27,278 bases of DNA, from positions 36,777,717-36,804,994 of the forward strand of contig NC_057718.1 in NCBI RefSeq assembly GCF_004010195.1, read 5' to 3'. Under the pieces are notes generated by a model that worked only from the letters and a program-made list of their open reading frames with translations, did no database searches and had not been told where the DNA came from. Each line of letters begins with the position of its first letter. The first letter of the stretch is position 1. The DNA is from Chiloscyllium plagiosum. Lineage: Eukaryota. Both the position numbers and the translations under genes were made by a program. Shown one piece after another: positions 13,001-22,909 of this stretch.

Positions 13001-13477
13001 CAGCAAAACTACCTTTACCAGAGTTAACATCTCACTATAAAAGAAATTCAAATATAAATATTGTTTCAAAGCAAATATCAAAATTATAGCAAGTAGAAGG
13101 TTAAAAATGTTTGCAAGCTAGTGCAACAGTTGCAGTGATACAATTTAATCATAACCAAAAGCCGGTGTTGGACAAGGGCAATTATAAGACCCTATTATAG
13201 AAAGGTGCCATTTAGAATTAAATGAAAATTTCCATAGCACGTACACAGCATGGCATTTTTAAACAACTGCTGTTACTGTAACAACATTGCCTTGATCAGA
13301 AATTTAGTTCACTCATTGAGGAAAGTTGATCAAAAATGGTAATGGCAAGTATTATCACACTTCCATTCACAACACATCAAATTGACAATACTGACAGCAC
13401 TTTATAAAAATTCTCCAATCATTTATGAATGATGTGTCATTAACATTATTACAACAATATTTCCTTTTGTAGATAAC

Positions 13478-13740
13478 TTCAGAACCGGGGCATTGTTTTA
13501 AAATTAAAGGTCACCTTTTCAGGACAGAAATGAGGAATTAGTTCAACTTTGAAACACTGCCTCAGAAGGCAGTGGATGGGAAGATCAGTCAATATTTTTA
13601 AGCTGTGTTTTTAGGCAGAGGAATCAAGAATTACTGGAGATAGATGGGAGTATGGACTTTGAAACACAGACCAGCCATGATCTTATTGAATGGCACAGCA
13701 AGTTTGAGGGACCAAATGATCAACTTTTGCACCTATTTCA
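13478..13740 (+). mobile_element. CR1 3' end fragment
   Basis: ttcaggacagaaatgagga, tgcctcagaaggcagtgga and cagccatgatcttattgaatgg match the reverse complement of the CR1 3' end at 15460-15760. Confidence 0.8.
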
Positions 13741-14299
13741 TTACAGGGAAAGAGGAGGGAGAGAGTTGCCCATGTTTAGAAAAATTGCACCCCAAGAACA
13801 GCTAAATTGCAAATAATTCATAGTTATGATCAAGACTAGGATTTCAAAAATATGGTTTATGAAAATATTATCTTAAAAATACAACACAGGTAGTTCTGCT
13901 ATAATTCATAAGTGATTGACAATTTGTGGATGTTGGATGACACAAACTTTCTACTGAATGGGTACGGCAATTTTCTATTAGTGATCTACTATAGTGTGAG
14001 GTGACAGAGGAATACAACTGTCACGTTACAGCAGAATGATCTGTACCAGGATTAACATATCACCACAAAATAAAGATATTTAAATGCCAAAAGAAATGAA
14101 TGTTTTAAAGTTGTGATATTTCATTAGAAAAGTTTATATAGTCGCAGAGAAGACAATGGAAAAGGAAAAGTCAAGGTTAGGAAAGTGCAAATATAGAAAA
14201 GTACGATTTCTGTTTATGACTTTCAATTGGGGTATAATACTGCAGATGCTTGAAATCTGAAGCAAACTGTTTGTGACCTTGTTTATCTTCCTCTCCCCA

Positions 14300-15037
14300 A
14301 TCTTCTTGCTTTGGATTCCCCAGTGAAGGCATGTCTCTGTTTCTATCTCATAAAAGCATAATCATCTCAAAATCACTCAATTTCCTAAACTCATGGAGCA
14401 CAAATCAAGTTGATGCAATTTATCCTCAAGGTAATCCTTTTAGGTATGGTTGCATTTTGGTGATTCTGCATGGTGCTATTACAAAGGATAATATGCATCT
14501 GTCCTGAGATTCAGTGCCCGAAACAAATGCAATATTCCAGACCCAAGGTTCATACCACTGAAACATCAGTTAAGAATTTCAACTAATTTGACAAAGATGA
14601 GTGATCTATTATGCCCTTTTTAAATAGTTCATGAGCATTTAACAATTTACATACAAGCCCATTTCGATCTCTTGGCTCTGTCTCAACTCCTAACCTCCTG
14701 ACCATACAAAAAACCTTCCAGAGTTGTGAAACCCTAATTTGCCTTTTTCAGATCCAAACAATTTCACGTTATTTCCTGACTGAATTGCATCTCTCACATT
14801 TTGCCAACAAGCCCCTAGAGAACATGATGCCACTAGAGAACAAATCCTTTTACCACTACTTTCCAACCAATCCGTAATTTTATGTCATCCATAATTCCAT
14901 ATATTCTGATTTATTCTTAATAATCTATTGTGCAGAACCTTACCAAATTGTTTCTGGAAATCCAAACAGACAAACCCCACAGACAATTACTTGTCCAGTA
15001 TGTTAGCAACCTTCTCATTAAATTCACCAAGCTTCGT
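14300..15037 (-). mobile_element. Old degraded CR1 RT/C-terminal fragment
   Basis: Minus-strand LTKLGEF..KVAN and CLDFQKQFGKV (=CLTNLLEF, YLDFQKAFDKV) at 14935-15040, and LEYCIC (=LEYCVQF) at about 14522-14540. Confidence 0.65.
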
Positions 15038-15131
15038 GAGTCATAGAGATATACAGCACAGAAACAGATCCTTTGGTCTAACTCATCCATGCTGACCAGA
15101 TATCCCAGCCCAATCTAATCCCACCTGCCAG
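15038..15131 (-). mobile_element. Severely 5'-truncated CR1 (HER1-type) 3' tail
   Basis: Reverse complement matches 26310-26410 (gattag...ctggtcagcatgga...ctgtttctgtgctgta.atct.tatgactc). Confidence 0.8.
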
Positions 15132-15457
15132 ACATGACAAAACCAAGGTGAGTATCTGTCCAAATGCTCATCACTTGATCTTCATATTAAAGCAGCAGGC
15201 CTGCAGGTGCCAATATTTTTTTCTTCCCTACTTCAATAACAAGTGGTATTTGCAATTTTCTGAATCCAAAAGGTATGACACTGGAACAGAACATTTTAAA
15301 AAAATTATTCATTATTTCTGTAATAATTTTATACCCTCATTACAGTTAATGTCCACTTAAAATATTAAAATCTACAAATACTGTGGATTAAAAAGCTTGA
15401 AAGTGAGGTCAGACCAGAGAGAGTTTTATTTGTCAGGCAGAGACAGAATGGGCTGAA

Positions 15458-16981
15458 TAGACAATAGGTGCAGGAGTAGGCCATTCTGCCCTTCAAGCCT
15501 GCACCACCATTCAATATGATCATGGCTGATCATCCTTAATCAGTATCCTGTTCCTGCCTTATCTCCATAACCCTTGATTCCACTATCCTTGAGAGCTCTA
15601 TCCAACTCTTTCTTAAATGAATCCCGAGACTGGGCCTCCACTGCCTTCTGGGGCAGAGCATTCCACACAGCCACCACTCTCTGGGTGAAGACGTTTCTCC
15701 TCATCTCTGTCCTAAATGGTCTACCCAGTATTTTCAAGCTCTGTCCTCTGGTTCGGCACTCACCCATCAGCGGAAACATGTTTCCTGCCTCCAGAGTGTC
15801 CAATCCTTTAATAATCTTATATGTCTCAATTAGATCCCTTCTCAGTCTTCTAAACTCAAGGGCATACAAGCCCAGTCGCTCCAGTCTTTCAGTGTAAGGT
15901 AGTCCCATCATTCCAGGAATTGACCTCGTGAACCTACACTGCACTCCCTCAATAGCCAGAATGTCTTTCCTCAAATTAGGAGACCAGAACTGCACACAGT
16001 ACTCCAGGTGTGGTCTCACCAGGGCCCTGTACAGCTGCAGAAGAACCTCTTCACTTCTATACTCAATCCTCTTGTTATGAAGGCCAGCATGCTATTAGCC
16101 TTTTTCACTACCTGCTGTACCTGCATGCTTAACTTCATTGACTGGTGTACAAAAACACCCAGATCTCTTTGTACTGCCCCTTTACCTAAATTGCCTTCCT
16201 GTTCTTGCCACCAAAGTGGATAACCATACATTTATCCACATTAAACTGCATCTGCCATGTATCTGACCACTCACCTAAACTGTCCAGGTCACCCTGTAAT
16301 CTCCTAACATCTTCCTCACATTTCACCCTCCACCCAGCTTAGTATCACCAGCAAATTTGCTAATGTTATTACTAATACTATCTTCTATATCATTAACATA
16401 TATCGTAAAAAGCTGCGGTCCCAGCACTGATCCCTGCGGTACCCCACTGGTCACTGCCTGCCATTCTGAAACGGAGCCGTTTATCACTACTCTTTGTTTC
16501 CTATCAGCCAACCAACTTTCAATCCAAGTTATTACTTTGCCCCCAATACCATACGCCCTAATTTTGCTCACTAACCTCCTATGTGGGACTTTATCAAAAG
16601 CTTTCTGAAAGTCCAGGTACACTACATCTACTGGATCTCCCTCGTCCATCTTCAGAGTTACATCCCCAGAAAATTCCAGAAGATTAGTCAAGCATGATTT
16701 CCCCTTCATAAATCCATGCTGACTCTGACCTATCCTGTTACCACTATCCAGATGTGTCGTGACTTCATCCTTTATAATACACTCCAGCATCTTTCCCACC
16801 ACTGAGCTCAGACTAACTGGTCTATAATTTCCTGCTTTCTCTCTCCCACCTTTCTTAAAAAGTGGTACAACATTAGCCACCCTCCAATCCGCAGGAACTG
16901 ATCCCGAATCTATCGAACTCTGGAAAATAATCACCAACGCATCCACGATTTCTCGAGCCACCTCCTTCAGTACCCTGGGAT
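15458..16981 (-). mobile_element. Young 5'-truncated CR1 LINE (ORF2 RT + C-terminus + 3'UTR), inactivated
   Basis: ORFs 16323-16961, 16016-16231 and 15540-16019 carry NYRPVSL, YLDFQKAFDKV, GVPQGSVLGP and RPHLEYCVQFWSP. The catalytic FADD motif reads FAGD, and frameshifts break ORF2. Confidence 0.95.
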
Positions 16982-17015
16982 GGCTGCCTCTGTATCATAA
17001 TTTCTATGGTTCTAC

Positions 17016-17695
17016 GAGTACTTTATTATGAAATGTATCAAGTCCTGGAGATTTGCTCATCTTAAGTCACTTTTTAAAAACTATTTCTATAACCTATGCT
17101 AAAATGATTACATTTCTCTCCAATGTCATATTTTTATATTACCCTCCACTATTTTGCCCACGTTTTCCAAGGAACAAATCTAGCACGTCCTATAACACCG
17201 ATATCCATTTTTCAAGGCCCTATATTTGCTTTTCCCCCATGTATCTTACAAATAATTTCACCGCTAGCTTTCACATTTTCCATTTTTTCATATTCACATT
17301 TCTCTCCATTTTAAAAGAAAAACAATCTATACTGAGCTTCTCCATCTTGTTTTGCACATATCTTTCTTTTAGCTTTGTTATTTCTTCTCGCAGCAGCTGC
17401 TTATATGTGTAATGGTCTCTACATTTTAAGGGCACGTACTGGCTTCCCATGAAGAAAAGTATGTATGTCACGACTTCCCACTGTTTGGCTGCAGGTTTAA
17501 TCTTGAGAAGTTCAGCCAAGTTTACTAATATCAACTGATTTCTTATCCATAGAAAATCTGCTTTACTTCTATGCAATTCATACTTCTCACACAAAATTAA
17601 TATCCAATTCAATTCTATGATTATGCTTAACTCAAAAATGTCAATTACTTCTGCCTTAATCATCACTAAATCCTGTTCCAAAACCTGTTCTAATG
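17016..17695 (-). mobile_element. Old degraded CR1 ORF2 endonuclease-RT linker fragment
   Basis: ORF 17271-17774 has KADF..IRNQL..VN....L......KQWE...SQYVPLK (CR1 linker pattern). Ends KSPGLDTFHNKVL (=KSPGPDG.HPRVL) at 17054-17016. Confidence 0.6.
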
Positions 17696-17699
17696 CATA

Positions 17700-17985
17700 T
17701 AACATAGAATTCCATAAAACATACACAACAGAAAAAAGCTCTTCAACCCACCTATGCCAACATTTACATTTCACTCAAGTCTCCTGATCTAACTTTCTAA
17801 TCTAAGTTTCTTCTGACTCATATGCACGTTTATCTTCTCCTTAAACACTTACAGAATTCACAGTGGGTTCCATATTCTCAAAATTCTCTTGAAGAAGTTT
17901 GTTTTAAATTCTCTACTTGATTTCTTGGTGACTATTTTAAGGGGCTTTTGGCTTTATTCTTCCCTACAAGTGCCGACATTCTAAC
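17700..17985 (-). mobile_element. Degraded CR1 3' end
   Basis: Tail-like catagaattccataaaacatacacaacagaa and gttccatattctc...gaagaagtttg..ttaaattc, typical of reversed CR1 3' ends. Confidence 0.5.
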
Positions 17986-18269
17986 CCCAAAATTCATTAA
18001 AGCTGGAAATTAAGCATCAAGATCATGACACATAATTAATCTGCAACTGTTTCTTCCAATGCAGGCAACAGGCAAACCTGTTACATACTTGCAGCATGCA
18101 GCCAGCATATATTACATTTAAGTGGCCGAACAGGGATGCAGGATTATGAGACCTGATGAGTTCAAGCCATCCTGTACTACAAGGCAGCACGTACGTCAAA
18201 GTGGTGGCGCATTTTGACTTGAGTAGACGCTGGCAGTGGCTGGGAAGAATGTCTGCCCTGACAGTTATT

Positions 18270-18457
18270 ATGGAACAAGAGGAGACAGCATGGGCTGCAA
18301 GGTTCTCCTGATGCAGAACTGAAAGCCTTGTTAGAAAAGAAATAAGGAATTCAGGAAACTTCCCAGATAGGAAGACAGAAGCAGATACCTTTGTGGTCAA
18401 GACCAGCAGTCTAGCCTGATGGCCTGGACGCAGTACTCCAAGTTGTTCAATGGTCTC
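18270..18457 (+). mobile_element. Relic Myb/SANT-like (trihelix) ORF of a PIF/Harbinger DNA transposon
   Basis: With frameshifts reads MEQEETAWAARFS/DAELKALLE ... VKTSSLA/AWTQYSKLFNGL, matching the pattern R..RFS..E...L...V.....RT..Q..K.(W/F).DL of Harbinger Myb/SANT (NAIF1-like) proteins. Confidence 0.5.
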
Positions 18458-19885
18458 TGATAAAATACAGAGTTATGAAAAGCTGTTTGGGTCTGTCTTT
18501 AGTGTATGAATAAAGAATAAAAAGGTCATATGAACTGTTCCAAATTCTAGATGGCTTGGTAATTTTTTTTGGTGGTGGAGTGTGGTGGGGGTGGGGGTTG
18601 GGACAACATGCTAGTTTGTTGTACTGGGAAGGTGCAAGGTGTTCACACAACGACAAAAACATCTGTGTCCAGGAGACAGACAGTTAGTCTCCAAAGGCCC
18701 AGGAAGGTGTTGGCAATGTCAAGTTTTGTAAGTGGTTGTACTTTCAACTATTCTTCTCACATTCATCAAGATTGGGATGCAAGAAACAGACTCAAGAAAG
18801 GCACACCAATTTATACAGCATGAGAAGAGGGTACCACTAGTTGTACCATCATTGGTGTGGAGAAATTGTAGGAACAGGTAACTGTCAATCTTAGTTCTCC
18901 AAGTAGGCAAGTAAACTCTGACCAGTCAGAATATTGACATGGGAATTCATGACTGCTACCCCTTTATTTTTGACAGTGAAAGTGACACAAAATATATACT
19001 AATTCTTTTTGTTGAGATAAAACTCCGTCCTGTGTTAATATACAGTTTCCAGCATGTACAAATACATCATGCTGTAAGTTCAATTAATAATAATTTTAAA
19101 TTGATTTTTCTTATAATTCTTAGCACAGTCCTGATTATTTAATGAATGTTGCCCAAAAGCAGAACACATCTAACGTTGGACATGGCATTCTAAGGGTTCG
19201 CTGCTGGGAATGATCAATAGGATGCGGTGATGAATATACTGTAGTCCAACAGTCATTATGACATGTTGGATACTTATCTGGTATTATACCAGTACTGAAA
19301 GCCAGATCGCATTATTTACTAAGGTAGCCATTATCACACAGGATTGTGAGAAATCGAGAAAACTGAACACAGCACTTGAATGGTGGTGTCAAAGGCATTG
19401 GGTTTACAGTGAACATAGGTTAAGAACCTATCATCAAAAATGCAAGTGGAGAAGTCAATGAAGAAAGGTTGGAGATGAACTCTGTGAAAGCAAAGCGGGG
19501 GGGCACATATCTGAGGTAATGTTGAAAAATCTCTCCAGTTTAAAATCTAATTCTTCCAACGATTCAAACTTCCATGCTTGCATTTACAATGAACTCATCT
19601 TTCTACAACTGAAGGCTTGCACCACATCCCAATACAAAGCCTTTAGCATATGTTTGTGAGTGAGTGTGCTTGTTATGGGTAAAGGAACAAATAAAAGGTT
19701 ACAAGTCCATGGGGGTTACTACCTGGTTGGCTGGCTTGGAGTGCAATGGAATAGTTCAGCCTAAAAGTAGCAAATGCTTGCAAGAGTTGGGTTGGGGTTG
19801 GGGTTGGAGAAATGGGGAAAGAGAGAGAGTGTGTATTGGGGGAGGAAGGTATGTGAAAGAAAGAAAGAGTGGGGGGGGGGGTAAG

Positions 19886-20268
19886 NNNNNNNNNNNNNNN
19901 NNNNNNNNNNNNNNNNNNNNNNNNNNNNNNNNNNNNNNNNNNNNNNNNNNNNNNNNNNNNNNNNNNNNNNNNNNNNNNNNNNNNNNNNNNNNNNNNNNNN
20001 NNNNNNNNNNNNNNNNNNNNNNNNNNNNNNNNNNNNNNNNNNNNNNNNNNNNNNNNNNNNNNNNNNNNNNNNNNNNNNNNNNNNNNNNNNNNNNNNNNNN
20101 NNNNNNNNNNNNNNNNNNNNNNNNNNNNNNNNNNNNNNNNNNNNNNNNNNNNNNNNNNNNNNNNNNNNNNNNNNNNNNNNNNNNNNNNNNNNNNNNNNNN
20201 NNNNNNNNNNNNNNNNNNNNNNNNNNNNNNNNNNNNNNNNNNNNNNNNNNNNNNNNNNNNNNNNNNNN
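19886..20268. other. Assembly gap (383 N)
   Basis: Run of N flanked on both sides by G-rich low-complexity sequence. Confidence 0.99.
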
Positions 20269-20441
20269 GGGTGGGGGTGTAGGGGACGATATGAGAGAGT
20301 GCGCGGTGAGGTGACACTAGGACCCGGAGGCGGGTCTGCCCGCCGGTGCGGAGCCGCTCGGACATGATTCTCGGTTGCGGCGCGGCCGCAAAATCCACAA
20401 GCGGCCGCAAGAGGAAATTTTTTTTAAAAAACAACCCGAAT

Positions 20442-20498
20442 AGAGAGAGAGAGAGAGAGAGAAACACCCCCAGTCAGAAAACAGCAGCAGCAGCAGCA
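20442..20498. repeat. (AG)10 and (CAG)5 microsatellites
   Basis: AG repeat 20442-20462 and CAG repeat 20482-20498, read directly. Confidence 0.95.
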
Positions 20499-20813
20499 TC
20501 CTCCTGAGACTCCCCCACTCCCCAATACTCAGGCCGTGTCCGAGCAGCACTGAGCCCCTGTCAGCTCCTGTAACCCCGGCCCCCAACTAACTCCAGCAAA
20601 CACCGAGAGAGAGAGTTCACTGACCTCCCCCACACCAGGATCCTACCGTTTTTTTTAAATCCCTTCACACACACACAACCGCGAGAGGAAGGCATTTCTC
20701 TCTTTTTTCCCCTCTTTTTAGATATTCCCTTTCCCCTCCGCCAGCGGTTAAAATCTCAGCCCCTCTCCACCGCAGCGCTGCCTTTCCCCGTTTTTTTTAA
20801 AAAAATAACTCAC

Positions 20814-20838
20814 CCAAACTGCCGGCGAAACCGTCCAT
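20814..20838 (-). CDS. EML4: EML4 (echinoderm microtubule-associated protein-like 4) first coding exon, MDGFAGSL + 1 nt, phase-1 intron follows
   Basis: Minus strand reads gagaATGGACGGTTTCGCCGGCAGTTTGG|GTGAGT. MDGFAGSL(D) is the N-terminus I recognise from vertebrate EML4 (MDGFAGSLDDSISAASTSDVQDRL...). Good Kozak context (A at -3, G at +4), consensus GTGAGT donor at 20813-20808, inside a CpG island. Confidence 0.92.
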
Positions 20839-21194
20839 TCTCGGGGAGAGCGATAATCCTGCGCCTGTCCTGACGGGCGTCGTGCCGTACCCCGCGCTCA
20901 CTCTCCGGTCGCCTCTTTCCTTTTATTTTAAATTCTTCCTCCCTTCCTTTATTTCTCCCCCTCCCCGGGCACGGCGCTCCGATTCACACTGACCGCTGAG
21001 GAACCCGCACCGCCGCCTCAGCTTCATTTGCTGCCTGATGATGTTCGTCAGTCAGACCCGCACGTTTCCCTCCTCCCCGCCTTCCCCAGCCCCCTCCACC
21101 CCCGCTCGCCCCGTATCGAGAACGCGCTCATCCCCTCCCGGCCTCCGTCTCCACTCCGCGCACAATGCTGCACATGCTCTTTCCTGGACCTACA

Positions 21195-21214
21195 GCCTGC
21201 TGGGAATTGTAGTT
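21195..21214 (-). promoter_or_regulatory. ZNF143/Staf (SBS; THAP11-HCFC1-associated ACTACA extension) binding motif
   Basis: Minus strand AACTACAATTCCCAGCAGGC closely matches the ACTACAnnTCCCAG promoter motif, about 360 bp upstream of the EML4 ATG. Confidence 0.8.
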
Positions 21215-21244
21215 CCCACTCACCTCTCTGAACTGTACTTGTAG

Positions 21245-21728
21245 AGAAGGCTGCATGGCTAGTTTGTGATGCTGGATGGTTGGGTTTAATTCCCACGACA
21301 GCTCAGGTTGCCATGAAAGATTAGATTCCCTACAGTATGGAAACAGGCCATTTGGCCCAACAAGTCCGCAAAGACATTCCAAAGAGTAACCCACCAAGAC
21401 TCATTCTCCTCCCCTATATTTACCAATATGTATATATGTACATTAATGCACCTAACACTATGGGCAAATTTAGCATGACCAGTTCACCGAACCTACACAT
21501 CTTTGGATTGTGGGAGGAAACCCACGCAGACACGGGAGAAAAGTGCAAACTCCACACAGACAGTAGCCTAAGGCTATAGGATTGAACCTGGGTCCCTGGC
21601 GCTGTGAAGCAGCAGTGCTAACCACTGAGCCACAGTGCCACCCATTCTTAATCTCTTCCCCTTGCCTGAGGCATAGAGTGCCCCCCTGGATTAAAGCCTG
21701 TGGTCTGGTAAGAATATGGCAGATTTTA
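21245..21728 (+). mobile_element. Older tRNA-derived SINE (21245-21320 + 21644-21728) split by an HE1-type SINE
   Basis: B-box-like GGTTTAATTCCC (21283-21294) followed by caggttgccatgaaag|...ctcttccccttgcctgaggc...tggtctggtaagaatatggc, which reads as one continuous shark SINE-like sequence once the inner SINE is removed. Family recognised from memory. Confidence 0.6.
21318..21643 (-). mobile_element. tRNA-derived HE1/V-SINE-type SINE, near full length
   Basis: Minus-strand A-box TGGCTCAGTGG (21632-21622), B-box GGTTCAATCC (21588-21579), V core and LINE-like tail ending aatctaatct. Confidence 0.9.
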
Positions 21729-21934
21729 GTCCCTTCAGACTAAAGGTGCCTCCACACTGGTGTTGTGAGTCCTGAGGTGTCTAAACAGTCCAATGTTGGA
21801 GTCAAAAGGTGTGGTGCTGGAAAAGCACAGCCAGTCAGGCAGCATTCAAGGAGCAGGAGAATCAATGTTTCGAGCATAAGGAGTGTGGGGGAGGTCCGAG
21901 GTGGGTGGAGCTAGGGGAAGGTAGCTGGGAATAC

Positions 21935-22046
21935 TTGGTAGATGAAGGTGGGGGCTGATGGTGATAGGTCAGAGCAGAGTGTGGAGCGGATTGGTAGATG
22001 AAGGTGGGGGCTGATGGTGATAGGTCAGAGCAGAGTGTGGAGCGGA
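21935..22046. repeat. Perfect 56-bp tandem duplication
   Basis: 21935-21990 is identical to 21991-22046 (ttggtagatgaaggtgggggctgatggtgataggtcagagcagagtgtggagcgga). Confidence 0.95.
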
Positions 22047-22351
22047 TAGGTGGGAAAGAAGATGGAAAAGTAGGACGGTTCAAGAGGGTGGTGCCAAGTT
22101 GGAGAGTTGAATCTGGGATAAAGTGGGGGAGGGGAGATGAGGAAACTGGTGTAATCAACATTGATTCCGTGTGGTTGAAGATGAAGGCAGCAGATGAAGC
22201 ATTCTTCCTCCAGGCGCTATGTGGCTCGAATCTAGCAGTGAAGGAGCCCCAAGACTTGCATATCCTTGGCAGAGTGGGAGGGGGGTTTGAAGTGTTCAGC
22301 CACAGTGGTGAGGTTGTTTAGTGTGTGTGTCCCAGAGATGTTCTCTGAAAC

Positions 22352-22909
22352 ATAGAACATAGAACATAGAAGAATACAGCGCAGTACAGGCCCTTTGGCC
22401 CTCGATGTTGCGCCGATCCAAGCCCACCTAACCTATACTAACCCACTATCCTCCATATAAGGCAACATCCTGGTAAACCTCCTCTGCACCCGTTCCAGTG
22501 CCTCCACATCCTTCCTATAGTATGGCGACCAAAACTGCACACAATATTCCAGATGCGGCCGCACCAGAGTTTTATACAACTGCATCATGACCTCAGGGCT
22601 CCGGAACTCAATTCCTCTACCAATAAAAGCCAGTACGCCATATGCCTTCCTCACCGCACTATTTACCTGGGTGGCAACTTTCAGAGATCTGTGTACATGG
22701 ACACCAAGATCCCTCTGCTCATCCACACTACCAAGTATCCGACCATTAGCCCAGTACCCCATCTTTTTGTTATTCTTCCCAAAGTGAATCACCTCACACT
22801 TAGCTACATTGAATTCCATTTGCCACCTTTCTGCCCAGCTCTGCAGCTTCTCTATATCCTGCTGTAACCTGCCACATCCTTCCTCACTGTCAACAACTCC
22901 TCCGACTCC
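22352..22909 (-). mobile_element. Young 5'-truncated, internally deleted CR1 inserted in the Penelope GIY-YIG domain
   Basis: 5-bp TSD GAAAC (22347-22351, 22910-22914), (TTCTATG)n tail, WQMEFNVAKC and RPHLEYCVQFWSP. Jumps from FTRMLP directly to the terminal YMEDSGLV. Confidence 0.93.

Larger units (their letters stand above)
1..20813 (-). other. EML4: EML4 intron 1 (partial, continues beyond window start)
   Basis: Begins at the GT donor at 20813. I found no sequence encoding the expected exon 2 (DDSISAASTSDVQDRL...) in 1-20813. AT-rich, CpG-poor and TE-rich. The N gap could hide sequence. Confidence 0.8.
20270..21230 (-). promoter_or_regulatory. EML4: CpG island covering EML4 promoter, 5'UTR/exon 1 and start of intron 1
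   Basis: Abrupt rise in GC and CpG content relative to the flanks. Two GCGGCCGC sites (20382-20389, 20401-20408), GC-box-like CCCCGCC at 21075-21081, no recognisable TE in the interval. TSS cannot be determined from sequence. Confidence 0.85.

Noticed and set aside
16323..16961. 212-aa RT ORF as a functional or domesticated gene
   Set aside because: 5'-truncated CR1 with FAGD instead of FADD and downstream frameshifts.
18571..19885. Telomere-like G-rich runs (18571-18602, 19787-19808)
   Set aside because: Units are GGGGTT/GGT variants of few copies, not (TTAGGG)n; ordinary low-complexity sequence.
19664..20467. Long ORFs of 137-264 aa in the ORF track
   Set aside because: Artefacts of reading through the N gap and low-complexity flanks.
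20839..21027. 63-aa N-terminal extension of EML4 from the in-frame upstream ATG
   Set aside because: An in-frame TAA at 20925-20923 terminates it.
21935..22046. CRISPR-like direct repeats
   Set aside because: Two abutting units with no spacer, in eukaryotic TE context with no cas genes.
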